DNA from: an uncultured Planctomycetaceae bacterium
GTDB taxonomy: Bacteria; Planctomycetota; Planctomycetia; Planctomycetales; Planctomycetaceae
Assembly: GCA_963815195.1 (NCBI GenBank)
Contig: CAWFGE010000012.1
Span: 160,001-224,000, forward strand
Direction: 5' to 3'
Length of the DNA: 64,000 nucleotides
Position numbers and translations under genes: made by a program. The notes below the pieces were generated by a model, which was not told the origin of the DNA, ran no database searches, and was given only the letters and a program-made list of their open reading frames with translations. Below, in pieces: positions 10,134 to 21,162 of this stretch (positions are counted from its first letter, which is position 1; each line of letters begins with the position of its first letter).

Positions 10134-10273
10134 TACTGTATCTCAACACGAATCGGAAACGCAACACTGTCGGTCGTTTACGTGCTATTCGCCGCGGGGA
10201 CTTTATGTATTGTAACAACCCGGCGGGCCATGCGGGTTTCCCTGAACCGATCCGGCGGGTTTGTCAAACGATT

Positions 10274-10371
10274 TCGGCCCTGAAGGGATTTCCAGTCCTC
10301 TCATCGCGTTGTGCGGCGGTCATCGAACTCTTCGATTGTGAGGTTTATCGGCCCTGAAGGGATTTCCAGTC
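10274..10371. repeat. 24-bp direct repeat duplicating the 3' end of the vWA gene
   Basis: TCGGCCCTGAAGGGATTTCCAGTC at 10274-10297 and 10348-10371. Confidence 0.9.
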
Positions 10372-12161
10372 GCCGACGACGAGAGCCAGCACCGCCGCCA
10401 GGCCCAAGAGAATCAGCCAGGAGTAGGGATTGTCGAGGCGGAACAATTCGCCGTCCTGGTCTTCCGGTTCGCGGCGGCCTGAGTTCAACGGCCCCAGGTT
10501 GGATTCGTCCTCGTCAAAAAAATTCACCGCGAACCGGTCCAGCACCGTCTCGCCGGCTTTGAGTTCATAAATCCCGGCCCGGTCGATGGATTGGATTTCC
10601 ACGCGGTCTTTCGCCCCCCGCACCAACGGCCGGGCCGCGCCGTTTCCGACCAGCAACAAATCCCGCGAGCGGACGTCTCGGGACGGACCCTCCGGGCGCG
10701 AAACTCTATGGTTTCGTTCAGGCGATAGTTCCACTGATGGAGTCCCGGCAAATCGTCGCGGCGGAGCTCGACGAGGTTGCTGAGCAAAATCGGCCAGTCT
10801 TCGCTGTCCTGAAGCTGCGAGCGTTCAAAATCGATGTTGAGCAAAAACCCCGTCGTGAACGTCCCCTCCAATTGAGCCAGAAGTGCGGTGCGGTCGCAAC
10901 TGATGAGCGGGGTGATCATATCCGGCGTGGCCTGCACGCCGCCCCAAATCAATGTCCCCGGCATCAGCCCGCGAACCAGCGGATGCCGGCGTTCGAGAAT
11001 GTAAGGCCCGCGGACGTCGATCGCTTTCTCCCGCGCCGCTTCCGACCGATCGATCGGACCGATGCCGAACCACCACAGATCCCGCTCGGAGCCCGGCAAC
11101 GGGTTCGCCGTCGCGATTTTCAAATCGGACTCGGCGGGCGGAACAATCTTCACGGCAGGCAGAATGCTCAACCCCTCTCGCACCACCTTGAGAGCCGGGC
11201 TCTCTTCGGGAAGCTCCACGGAAACCTTGACCTGCCGCGGTTGGGGTTCGATGAGCGTGACCGTGTTGTCCAGCTTCAATCCGTCCGCGGGGGCGGAAAT
11301 CTTCACCGTCAACAGGCCCGTGCCTTTTGGGATGTCGACTTCCAACGGTTCCTCGCCGCCGGCCGGCACGCGGACCGATCGATGAAAAACTTCCCGCTGT
11401 TTCGCCCGGCCTTCGACATCGACCAGAGTCGTCGCCCCACTGAAATTGGCAATCCGCAAATAGGCCCGGCTGGCATTTGTGGACGGATCGAGGGTCCATT
11501 CCGCGGTGGTGATGGCGACGTTCCGCAGCGCTTCGCCGACGGCGACGACTTCCAGCGGTCCGGGGATGTCTGCGGATTCGGGCGGAAGATGATCGGTCAG
11601 AAACAGCATCTCCCCCGACTTGTCCGCGAACTGAGCCGCCCGGTCCCACGCCGGTCCGAAGCGATGCTGGGGGAGGCTCGGCTGCCAATCGGCGAGGCGG
11701 GACTCCGCCACCGCCCAGGGCACCGCAGGCCCGGCCAACGTCTGCGGCAAAGGGCCGGAGAGAATCACGGTCACCCGGCTTCCGCCAGGCAGGTCGGCGG
11801 TGCGCTCGCGAAGTTTCTCGAACGCCAGATCGCGGAAGGATTTTCCATTCGGAGCCGCGGCCTGCATCGAAGCGGAATCATCCAAGACCACCACGAGATG
11901 CGTCGCGTTTCCTAAGATTCCCAATCGCGGCTGGCTCAATAGGAGAGACAAAAAAATCGCCGCCAAGAGTTCCAGAAACAGCGACGCCGAAAGCGGCAGC
12001 CGGTCCCATCGCCGGCCCATTGTCTGGACCTCGGTCTCGATGCCCCACAGGTGCGCCCCGGCGATGACCAAGGGCGGATAACGTCGATGGAAAAAGTGGA
12101 TCGCCAGAATCGCAGGCACCGCCAGCAACCCCAACAACCCCCACGGGTTGGCGAAATACAT
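10345..12161 (-). CDS. BatA N-terminal + vWA domain membrane protein (frameshift near 10700)
   Basis: MYFANPWGLLGLLAVPAILAIH (BatA), DDSASM MIDAS; C-terminal FAVNFFD..ESNL and TM in second frame. Confidence 0.8.
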
Positions 12162-12188
12162 TGGGTTTCAAATGATGAAAGGAGCAAA

Positions 12189-12257
12189 GAGCCGCGCACG
12201 AAGTAAGCGGTTTTCGGGGATTCAGACAACCAGGACCGCTTACTTCGTGCGCGGCTC
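12189..12257. repeat. REP doublet (REPIN-like) family A, copy 1
   Basis: GAGCCGCGCACGAAGTAAGCGGT...ACCGCTTACTTCGTGCGCGGCTC; second copy at 44514. Confidence 0.85.
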
Positions 12258-12291
12258 AGGCTTTTTTGGAACGACTGAGTTTGAGTTTGTG

Positions 12292-13194
12292 CTATCTTTT
12301 ATAAGTCAGTTCGCGTTGTTTGAGCCAGCCGGCGGCGCGGGCGGGCCAGGTTTGGACGTTGGAGTTTTTCACGGGCCGCATGCCGTAGCCGTGGCCGCCG
12401 GTTTCGTAGATGTGCAGTTCCGCGGGGATGCCTAACTTTTTAAGGGCGGTGTAGAAATAAACGCTGCTGAGCGAGGTCGCCCCGTCGTTGTGGGCATGCA
12501 CTAAAAATGTCGGCGGCGTGGCTTTGGTCACGGTGACCGCGTCGATCAGGCCGCCGGCTTTTTCATCGGCGATCCGCCAGGGATAGATCAGCAGGCAAAA
12601 ATCCGGCCGGGCGGAAAGCCGGTCCGTGTCGTCGATCGGTTCGTAATCGGATTTCTCAAAACGTGTGGCGACGAGTGCCGCCGCTTGGCCGCCGGCGGAA
12701 AATCCAATGACGCCGATGCGATCGGGTTCGATCCCCCACTCTTTTGCCCGCTGCCGAACCAGGCGAACCGCGCGCTCTCCATCCTGCACCGGCCGCAGCC
12801 AAAGCGGCGCCTCGCCTGCCGGCGTTTTGGGTTTGGTGCGATAATGCACGACGAAGGCGGTGATGCCCAGGCCGCTGAGCCACTCGGCGGTTTCCGAGCC
12901 TTCCTTGTCCGCGACGACATAATTGTAGGCGCCGCCGGGAAAAATCAGCACAGCCGCGCCGCTGTTTTTCTCGGCGGGCGGGGCAAACATGTGAAGTTGC
13001 GGCCGGGTGATGCGGGCGATCCGCGTGGCGGGCGGGTCTTCGTTCGGCCGGCGGGGCAGCGCCTCCCCGGTGTTCCGCGTGGTCTCGCCCGGGGCCAGGT
13101 CCTGCCAGATGTCGAACACCCGATCCGGCTCTGCGCGCGGCGGCCGAATCCAGACCACACAAAACCAGCCCGCACCAAACGCCCAGCCCCACAA
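12292..13194 (-). CDS. Alpha/beta hydrolase (acetyl esterase/lipase-like); start uncertain
   Basis: FPGGAY, GFSAGG nucleophile elbow, PPTFLVHA..D, GGHGYG. Confidence 0.88.
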   Translation of the reverse strand: MWGWAFGAGWFCVVWIRPPRAEPDRVFDIWQDLAPGETTRNTGEALPRRPNEDPPATRIARITRPQLHMFAPPAEKNSGAAVLIFPGGAYNYVVADKEGSETAEWLSGLGITAFVVHYRTKPKTPAGEAPLWLRPVQDGERAVRLVRQRAKEWGIEPDRIGVIGFSAGGQAAALVATRFEKSDYEPIDDTDRLSARPDFCLLIYPWRIADEKAGGLIDAVTVTKATPPTFLVHAHNDGATSLSSVYFYTALKKLGIPAELHIYETGGHGYGMRPVKNSNVQTWPARAAGWLKQRELTYKR

Positions 13195-13366
13195 TCCGCG
13201 CCTGCGATTTCCAATTCAATTTGAACTCTCCCCACGCAATAAGCTTCCCAAAACGCCAGGATCGCAAAGCAATCGGCGACCTCCTCTTAGCTTAACGGCA
13301 ATCCCCGCCGTTGTCGCGGTCTCGCCTGCAAGGGGAAGTGTGTGTTTCAGAAAAGTCGGTCGGACT

Positions 13367-13409
13367 TGGGTGGCACGTCCCTGAGTGAAGCGAAGGGCGT
13401 GCCACCCAA
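13367..13409. repeat. Palindromic REP family B
   Basis: TTGGGTGGCACGTCCCTGAGTGAAGCGAAGGGCGTGCCACCCAA; related copy near 38212-38246. Confidence 0.7.
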
Positions 13410-13935
13410 CCGCCGTTGTCGCGTTTCCCCGGGTGAGCCGGGATGATTTCATTAGCCCCAGGTCGCTAGCCCGGTTGCTTCATTCGTCGGAAAAGAAACC
13501 GACCAATCGCGCGTTCCGATTGATGCGCAACGCGACAACGCGACGCGTGCGGGACGCGCTTTGGAAATACCTCCTTCCGCTGGCAGATAAAGAAGGCAAG
13601 GGTGAATCGGGAACCTGTTGTTGAAGTTTAGGCGAAACGAGAGGACACATGAAAGCCAGGGACAGGGAAGTAAGCTAAGAGGTCGTTACAGAGTATCTCG
13701 TCCGCGCTCTTTCACCTCCCCTTGGGCCCTTGGGGAGGTGAAATTCCTCGACAAGTGGCGATTTCTGGTTTTGACAAAAACAACACCACCGGGATCCGTG
13801 GCAAACCCTGTCCCGTAACTCCAACGCGACAACGCGAATCCTCCAAAAACTCTCTTTGACTCCGTCGAACGAATCGGCGAAGATAACGGATTGGCGGCCG
13901 GGGCATTTGGGGCCGCCGGGATGAGGGCGTCAAAC

Positions 13936-15529
13936 ATGTCAACGAACATCGTCAGTCAGCAAGATCGATCCGCGAAGAGCGAACGCCGGGCCGTGCGGCC
14001 GGTGGCGGTCATCGACGTGGGCACGACCTCGATCCGCATGGCGGTCGCCGAGATTCTGTCCACCGGGGAAGTCCATCGCCTGGAAACGCTCACGCGGGCG
14101 GTGAGCCTGGGAAAGGACACCTTCACCCGCGGGCGGATCGCCAAAGCGACGATGGAAGACTGCGTGAACGTGCTGAAAAGCTATCGCCGATTGCTGCGGG
14201 AATATGAAATCACGCAGCCGGACCAGATCCGCGTCGTGGGCACGAGCGCGGTTCGCGAAGCCGAGAACCGTCTGGCGTTTCTCGACCGCGTGTATTCCGC
14301 CACCGGGCTCGAAATCGAGCCGATGGACGAGGCGGAAGTCAGCCGGATCACCTATCTGGGCATCCAGCCGCACCTCAAAGCCGACACCAAGCTCGCCGCT
14401 TCGTGCTCGGTCGTGGTGGAGATCGGCGGGGGCAGCACCGAAATCCTCGTGGTGCATCAAGGCGAGGTCCTCTATTCGCACACCTACCGCTTGGGGTCGC
14501 TTCGACTGCGGGAATCGGTCGATACGATCCGCGCCTCCCGCGCAGTCCAAGCGGATCATGCGGAGCCAGATCGAACGCACCGTCGGCGAAGTCGTGCAGC
14601 ACGTGCCCCACGACCGCGGCCCCGTGGAGTTGGTTGCCTTGGGCGGCGATGTGCGGTTTGCGAGCAAGCATCTCCTTTTGGAGCAGGCGCCGGACGACCT
14701 CGCCCGCCTGCCGCTCGACGACCTCGCGGAGTTCACCGACCGCCTGTTGAGTACCTCCGCCGAGCAGTTGGTGCAGAAGTACCACATCGGTTTCCCGGAT
14801 GCCGAGACCGTGGGCCCGGCCTTGCTCGGATACCTGCTTCTGGGGCGCGGGCTGGGCGTGGACAACCTCCTGGTCAGCAACACCAACCTGCGGGACGGCC
14901 TGTTGGAAGACCTCGCCGCGAGCGAATCGTGGACCGAAGACTTTCGCGACCAGGTGATCCGCTCCGGCATCGAGCTCGGCCGCAAGTTCGATTTCGACGA
15001 AGCCCACAGCCTGCACGTGGGCAAGCTCTGCCGGAGCCTGTTCTGCGCGCTCCAGGAAGAGCATCAACTCGATTCCCGCTACGAGCTGTTGTTGTATCTC
15101 TCGGGGGTGCTGCATGAGATCGGCTTGTTCGTCAGCAACCGGGCCTATCACAAGCATTCGTTTTATCTCATCATCAACAGCGAACTGTTCGGACTGGCGA
15201 AGCAGGACATGCTGCTGATGGCGCTCGTGGCCCGCTATCACCGCCGGGCTTCGCCGAAGCCCAACCACGAAGGCTATTCCACGCTCGAGCGGGAACGGCG
15301 GATTGCGGTCTCGAAGCTCGCGGCCCTCCTCCGCGTGGCCGACGCTTTGGACCGTTCCTACAGCCAGCGCGTGGATGAAATCCGCGTCTCGCGCGAGAAG
15401 TCCAAGATGGTCATTTCCGTGCCCCACGTGGACGACCTCTCGCTCGAACAACTCGCCCTCAAGCAAACCGGCTCGCTGTTCGAGGAAATCTTCGGCATCC
15501 CCGTCTTCCTCCGCACCGTCCGCAGTTGA
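13936..15529 (+). CDS. ppx: Ppx/GppA exopolyphosphatase with HD domain (frameshift near 14535)
   Basis: IDVGTTSIR, GTSAVREAEN, EIGGGSTE; then LRDGLL, LHEIG, HKHS, ARYHR, LRVADALD in next frame. Confidence 0.9.
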
Positions 15530-15598
15530 TGGCAGCGGCCCGTTTTTGCGATTCGTTTCGATCACACAGAAAACTCTGAAAGACTCGGGGAGGAAAAC

Positions 15599-15967
15599 AT
15601 GAGGAAAATTTTGGTCCTGGCGGTCGCCGTCTTGTGTCTTGTGTTCTGTTGGAAGAACCGCGAAACAGCCGCAGGGTTGGTGCCGGGAAGAATCGCCAAT
15701 CCACAAGGACAGGTCCCAGCGAAACAACCGCTGCGCGGAAAGATCGTCTGGGTGGATCGAAAGGCGCAGGCCGTGTGGATCAACTTGGGCCAGGCGAACG
15801 GGCTGGAGCGAAACGCAAAAATTCCGGTGATGCAGCCAATGGACGACGAAGCGATCAAAGCCCGGATTGAAGTCGTCCGCCTGTTGGGGAAGCATCTCGC
15901 GGAAGCCCGGATTTTAAGCGAGCCGCAGGAGAATCCCATCCGCAAGGGCGATCCGGTCTTCCCGTAG
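15599..15967 (+). CDS. Small exported hypothetical protein (beta-barrel domain)
   Basis: GGAGG RBS, hydrophobic N-terminus, VWINLG..NGL...IEV...AEARI...PIRKGD motif. Confidence 0.7.
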   Translation: MRKILVLAVAVLCLVFCWKNRETAAGLVPGRIANPQGQVPAKQPLRGKIVWVDRKAQAVWINLGQANGLERNAKIPVMQPMDDEAIKARIEVVRLLGKHLAEARILSEPQENPIRKGDPVFP

Positions 15968-15994
15968 AATTGCACTTCGATTCTGCGATCCCCT

Positions 15995-17623
15995 CTAACC
16001 AGCCGTCTTTGCCTTTGCGCTGATCGGTTGGCTCGCGGGGGTAATGCGGATCACCCGCTGCCCGGTGACGCTGGGGGCGGCGAAATTCTTGGCCCGCACG
16101 TGAAGGAAATACGTGCCCGGCGAAAGCCCGGCTGGCAGATTCGCTTTCCAAAGATGCATCGACTTGTCTGGCTTGGGCAGGTTCCGCCAGGGCACCTTGC
16201 CGAGCGATTTCTCCCATGCGACGACGTCGAGAAAAGTCGGGTCGGCTTCCTGGGTGTAGCTCATCGGAATCCAGTCGCCGTCCTCGCCGATCTTCATTTC
16301 GACTTGGGATTTCTCGGACCCGTTGAACACGTTGGCGAACACGGCCGCGGTTTCCAACTGGTTGACGGGCACCGCCTCGGCCGCGTGAATTTGCATTTGG
16401 TAATCTTTCCGCCGGCCGGCCGCCCGGTAGTCGAGCGAATAGTTATGGCCGTCGAACGTCATAATCGAATAGCCGTTCGGCGCGCCGTCGGCCATTAACG
16501 TATTGGGGATGCCCCGCTCGTCCGGCGCGCCTTCCCACCAGCTTCCGCTGACCGTGACGTTGACGATATGGTGATGCGGTTCCGGCCCCCGCCAGCCGTC
16601 CTCGCGGGTGATGAAGCGGTGCTGATGAACGTGCTTGTGCGCCGAGATCGACATGCAGAACGGCCGCTTTTCGATCAGCCGGTACAACTCGTGGCGGTCC
16701 TTCACATCGACGAGCGGAATGTGCATCATCAACACCACCAGTTGATCTTCAGGAATCATCGCGAGGTCGCTTTGGATGAACTGCATCTGCTCTTTGCCGA
16801 GGCCGCCTTCGTAATGGCCTTTGCCCTCGCCGTTCACCAGCCATTCCACATCGTCGAGCACCAAAAAGTGAACCGGGCCGTAATCGAAGGAGTAGTAGCT
16901 GGGCCCGAAGTGCTTTTCGAAGGTCTCGTCGCTTTCGTGATCGTCGTGCGCGTCGTAATTGATGTCGTGGTTGCCGATAACGTTGTACCAGGGGATGCCC
17001 AACAGCGCGATCGCGCGGGCCTGCGACTCGAACACGGACAGATCGTCGAACACAATATCGCCCAGGGTGACGCCGAACGAGGCATCGGTCCCCGCGAGTT
17101 CCTCGACGACGTCGTGGCCGATGTAATCGATCTCCCGCTGGTCGCGCGGCTGCGGATCTCCGAACAGAATCGCCTTGAACGTCTCCGGCTCTTTTTGCGG
17201 CGACAGCGGAAAATCCACCGAGTCCGGCAGCGGCCCGGTCGGCTCGACGCCGGCGAACTTCAAATTCGGCGAACCCGTCGGCTTATGAATGTAATAAAAC
17301 TGCGGCAGTTCGTTGTCCGAAAGGGGCACCTGCCAGCCGCGGGGCTTGATGACGAACAAAATGGTATCCGCATCCACCGGCAATTCGTAGCGGCCGTTTT
17401 GGTCCGTGTTCACGATGTCCACGCCGTTGGAAACCCGAATGCCCGCCAGCGGCTTTTCGCCGGGATCGCGCTTGCGGTTGCCGTTGGCATCGTGAAACAC
17501 GACCCCCTTCGCATGCTGGGGGGCGTCGGCGTCGTCCTTGTTGCCCGCCTGCCGATCCGCTAACCCCACCGCGAACAACCCCATCACTGTGACAGGGACA
17601 ATCAAACTCAAAATCCAGCGCAT
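15995..17623 (-). CDS. Secreted calcineurin-like metallophosphoesterase
   Basis: GDPQ, LGDIVFD, GNHD, MHIP, SAHKH motifs; GVVFHDANGN N-terminal domain. Confidence 0.9.
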   Translation of the reverse strand: MRWILSLIVPVTVMGLFAVGLADRQAGNKDDADAPQHAKGVVFHDANGNRKRDPGEKPLAGIRVSNGVDIVNTDQNGRYELPVDADTILFVIKPRGWQVPLSDNELPQFYYIHKPTGSPNLKFAGVEPTGPLPDSVDFPLSPQKEPETFKAILFGDPQPRDQREIDYIGHDVVEELAGTDASFGVTLGDIVFDDLSVFESQARAIALLGIPWYNVIGNHDINYDAHDDHESDETFEKHFGPSYYSFDYGPVHFLVLDDVEWLVNGEGKGHYEGGLGKEQMQFIQSDLAMIPEDQLVVLMMHIPLVDVKDRHELYRLIEKRPFCMSISAHKHVHQHRFITREDGWRGPEPHHHIVNVTVSGSWWEGAPDERGIPNTLMADGAPNGYSIMTFDGHNYSLDYRAAGRRKDYQMQIHAAEAVPVNQLETAAVFANVFNGSEKSQVEMKIGEDGDWIPMSYTQEADPTFLDVVAWEKSLGKVPWRNLPKPDKSMHLWKANLPAGLSPGTYFLHVRAKNFAAPSVTGQRVIRITPASQPISAKAKTAG

Positions 17624-17878
17624 GGAATCAGGTTCCCCTCATTGAGAAGAAACGTTGGTTGGGAAAACACGAGATTAGCTCGTGCGTGTTAAGAAAAAAT
17701 GATCGTAACGAGAATTGTTTCTTTCCGCGACCATCCGGCGGAAACGTCCGGCCGCGGGCCACTCCGCGGGCAGCGCCCGTCTCGGGAGTTTCCGCAAATG
17801 ATCCGCGGCGAAGGCTCGAATAAACCCGGCGGATCCTGCATACTGGAATCCTCCTGTTTTCTAAAACCCATCTCATGA

Positions 17879-19735
17879 GTGAGCCACATGACTCAACTGT
17901 TTGCGCTGCGAAGCCTGACGTTTGTTTTCCTCGCCGTCGTTCTAACCGCGGCCCCGGTGCGGGCCGAGCGGGATCCGATTCGGCTGACCCACGGCCCCAT
18001 GCTCGGAAATCCCACCGCCCATTCGATGGACGTGTGGGCGCGGACTTCCGACCCGGGCGAGTTCCTCGTGCACTACGGCACCCACAAAGACAAACTCGAC
18101 GAGATCAGCAAACCCGCGACAACGACCATCGCGCACGATAACACCGGCGTCGCGCATCTCAAAGACCTCCAATCCGACACCCGCTACTATTACCATGTGT
18201 GGGTCAACAATCGGCCGCACGGTCTGCCCGGCAGCTTTCGCACCCTGCCCTCGGCTGAGGACACCAAGAACGAAAAATACAATCCCAAGGGCCTCTATAA
18301 TTTCCGCTTCGAGATCGGCTCTTGTGCGAACCAGAACCCGCTCCACGGCGGCGGACCGGAGCTTCTTACCTATCAACACCTCAACAAGGACTGGGCCGAG
18401 AAAGTCCACTTCCACATCATGAACGGGGATTGGCTTTACGAGGAACTCCGCGACTACCCGCCCGAAGCCTGGCGGCTCACGCAGGGCATCAAGGACTATC
18501 CGCTGCCCGTCCAGGTCATGCCCACCATCGTCGGCGTGTGGGAGAACTATAAGCTCTACCTCAGCCGGGGCGTCGACCTCGCGAAATGGCATCGCAACGT
18601 CCCCAGCTATTTCACGTTTGACGATCACGAACTCGTCAATGACATCTGGGGCTCGTCCGAAGCAGGCAAACGCCATCGGCGGACCGTGTTTCGCGACATC
18701 GGAACCTATGCCTGGTACGATTACCTCGGCTGGGCCGACCCGATGGTTTACAAGCATCCCATCCACTATGGCAAAGGCCAACTCAAAGCCGGCAGCGATC
18801 TGCTCGTCGATGCCGACACCGATTTCTCCAAGCTCCCGCTGGGGGAAATGCTGAACCTGCACGTCCACTGGGGCACGCCGGAAGCGGGCCTTAACGACAT
18901 CAAGTACGACAACGACGAGGGCAATAAAAACTCCTATGTCTATGACATCAAAGAGGTCGTGAACCCGCACACGCTCCGCCTGCACATGCCGGCCAAGGTC
19001 GATGACGAGGTGAGCTATTCCATCGGCCGGCGGAGCTACGCCAAATTCCGCGTGTCGAACTGCGAGTTTTATCTGCTCGACACGCGGGGCGATCGCGACA
19101 TGCACGACGTCCGCCACCGCGACAAGCCGGGCGTCTCGATGATCGGCAAGCACCAGCGGGATTGGCTGTTAAAATCCATGAAGGAAAGCGATGCGGACTT
19201 TTTCTTCGTCGTCTCCACGGTGCCGTTTATGATCCCCCACACCGGCGCGGGCGGCTTCGAGTTCGATGCGGAGAACAAGGAGGAATCCTGGACCGGCTTC
19301 TTCGACGAGCGGGAACTCTTAATCAAGGAATGGGACAAGCTGGGCAAGAAGGTGTTCGTGATGACGGGCGATTTGCATAACAGCTTCGCCATCAAAGTCA
19401 CCGACGACGTGTGGGAGTTCTGCTGCGGCCCCCACAACAGCGTGAACCACGTGCCGGTCTTGGATGAAAGCAATCGCCCCGCCACCGGCAAGTTCAAGTT
19501 CGGCCCCCGCGAATGCGACATCCGCTGGAGCAGCTACATCCTCCCCGACCTGCCAAGATTGCAGCGCCTTTACCCCCACTACTGCGTGGTGCAGGTCAAC
19601 AACGTGTTCAACATGCCCAAAAAACTCGGGGACAAACGCTGGGTCGCCTACCCCCACCCGCAAGTCATCTTCCAATACTTCGACGGCCGCACCGGAGAAC
19701 TCGACTACGCGGAGGCAATCTCGGTCGATCGGTAG
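17879..19735 (+). CDS. Alkaline phosphatase D (PhoD-like) family protein
   Basis: Signal peptide, HGPMLG, NGDWLYE, DDHE..ND, LLDTR, TGDLH. Confidence 0.85.
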   Translation: MSHMTQLFALRSLTFVFLAVVLTAAPVRAERDPIRLTHGPMLGNPTAHSMDVWARTSDPGEFLVHYGTHKDKLDEISKPATTTIAHDNTGVAHLKDLQSDTRYYYHVWVNNRPHGLPGSFRTLPSAEDTKNEKYNPKGLYNFRFEIGSCANQNPLHGGGPELLTYQHLNKDWAEKVHFHIMNGDWLYEELRDYPPEAWRLTQGIKDYPLPVQVMPTIVGVWENYKLYLSRGVDLAKWHRNVPSYFTFDDHELVNDIWGSSEAGKRHRRTVFRDIGTYAWYDYLGWADPMVYKHPIHYGKGQLKAGSDLLVDADTDFSKLPLGEMLNLHVHWGTPEAGLNDIKYDNDEGNKNSYVYDIKEVVNPHTLRLHMPAKVDDEVSYSIGRRSYAKFRVSNCEFYLLDTRGDRDMHDVRHRDKPGVSMIGKHQRDWLLKSMKESDADFFFVVSTVPFMIPHTGAGGFEFDAENKEESWTGFFDERELLIKEWDKLGKKVFVMTGDLHNSFAIKVTDDVWEFCCGPHNSVNHVPVLDESNRPATGKFKFGPRECDIRWSSYILPDLPRLQRLYPHYCVVQVNNVFNMPKKLGDKRWVAYPHPQVIFQYFDGRTGELDYAEAISVDR

Positions 19736-20152
19736 GCGGAGTGCCACGTAGGGACAAGAACATCTGTAGGGCAGGCTCCTGCCTGCCGATTCGGTTTGAT
19801 ACCTGTCCGATGGCAGGCAGGAGCCTGCCCTACACAAACTGGAGCAGCTACATCCTCCCCGACCTGCCAAGATTGCACCGCCTTTACCCCCACTACTGCG
19901 TGGTGCAGGTCAACAACGTGTTCAACATGCCCAAAAAACTCGGGGACAAACGCTGGGTCGCCTACCCCCACCCGCAAGTCATCTTCCAATACTTCGACGG
20001 CCGCACCGGAGAACTCGACTACGCGGAGGCAATCTCGGTCGATCGGTAGGCGGAGTGCCACGTAGGGACAAGAACATCTGTAGGGCAGGCTCCTGCCTGC
20101 CGATTCGGTTTGATACCTGTCCGATGGCAGGCAGGAGCCTGCCCTACGCAAA
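19525..20152 (+). repeat. Tandem 314-bp duplication (19525-19838, 19839-20152): phoD 3' end + GTAG-type REP doublet
   Basis: Direct comparison; two substitutions seen (CAG/CAC codon; TACAC/TACGC). Confidence 0.95.
19765..19834. repeat. GTAG-type REP doublet (second copy near 20079-20147)
   Basis: TGTAGGGCAGGCTCCTGCCTGCC...GGCAGGCAGGAGCCTGCCCTACA. Confidence 0.85.
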
Positions 20153-20473
20153 CTGACAAGTGGAGGTTTAACGCATACCTTGGAGCGACATGTGCCATCT
20201 TATTATTCAGGTGCCAACCGAGGTGCAGGTAGTGATACACTATTCCCGCACGGCACTACGCCTGCAGATATTGTTGACATTGTGCGCGATGCTGCACAGA
20301 AAGCTCCAGCAAATATTGGGCCAGACGATGCCTTTCGAGCCGTTTTGAGAAATGGGAAGGAAGTAAAAGTGCAGCTAAATGGCTATAAAGTAAAATCCGT
20401 GTACCCCACCGTTACGGGCGATGGTTTTGGATTCGATTTGAACACAATTAAACACCTCGTCACAAGGACATGA
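20153..20473 (+). pseudogene. 5'-truncated polymorphic-toxin C-terminal (putative nuclease) fragment
   Basis: Low GC; frame from the junction reads LTSGGLTHTLERH..TLFP..DI..SVYP; no RBS/start of its own. Confidence 0.55.
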
Positions 20474-20487
20474 TAAAGGATTGATTG

Positions 20488-21162
20488 ATGCCAGCCTTCA
20501 TATCTTACGATTGGCTCGACACAACAGACGATTCAATTGTCCCTAGAGGCATTGGATTACGAAGTGATCTAAAAGATGATCTAGCATCTATCGATTCAAT
20601 AGACAGTGGAATCGTAGTGTTTCAGAATAGTGCAAATCATGAACTCGCTTTTACGCCATTAAGCGTTTGCAAATTTGCAACCTGGATTACCCAGCAGTGC
20701 TCAACCCTAATTCATTCTACGCCAGTTTTCTTAATCGCATCTGAAGCAAACATAGTTTTCGACACGGATGGCGACAGTATTCGTATGTGTGCATATGTCG
20801 ATTCAGTGACTGCAGAATGGCATAGATTTCTTGGAGAATCATTATCTGTTGTTTCTGGTCGTAGACTCGTCACCGCCCATAGGCTACTAGTACCTCAAGG
20901 GACAATCTCTAATGTCAAATACTTTCCAGGCAAAATCGCAATAGATCTTTCAATAAAAACCATTGATTGGATTTCATGTGTAATTGACATCGGAAAACAA
21001 TTTCAAACGCTGGTTCTTGAAGCCAAGAACCTGCTGTCGCAGAATGCTGAAAATTATCGAGCCGAACATCGGAAAGAACTCGTCGATTTAGCGTTTGATT
21101 TTGCGGACAAGTTTCCTGCTATATGCGACAAGATCGAATGGGAAGGAGCGAATAAGTCCTAA
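20488..21162 (+). CDS. Low-GC hypothetical protein, putative immunity protein
   Basis: AAAGGA RBS just after the toxin-fragment stop; AT-rich; position typical of immunity genes. Confidence 0.55.
   Translation: MPAFISYDWLDTTDDSIVPRGIGLRSDLKDDLASIDSIDSGIVVFQNSANHELAFTPLSVCKFATWITQQCSTLIHSTPVFLIASEANIVFDTDGDSIRMCAYVDSVTAEWHRFLGESLSVVSGRRLVTAHRLLVPQGTISNVKYFPGKIAIDLSIKTIDWISCVIDIGKQFQTLVLEAKNLLSQNAENYRAEHRKELVDLAFDFADKFPAICDKIEWEGANKS

Noticed and set aside
19513..20049. 178-aa ORF ending like PhoD
   Set aside because: By-product of the tandem duplication; no RBS or catalytic core
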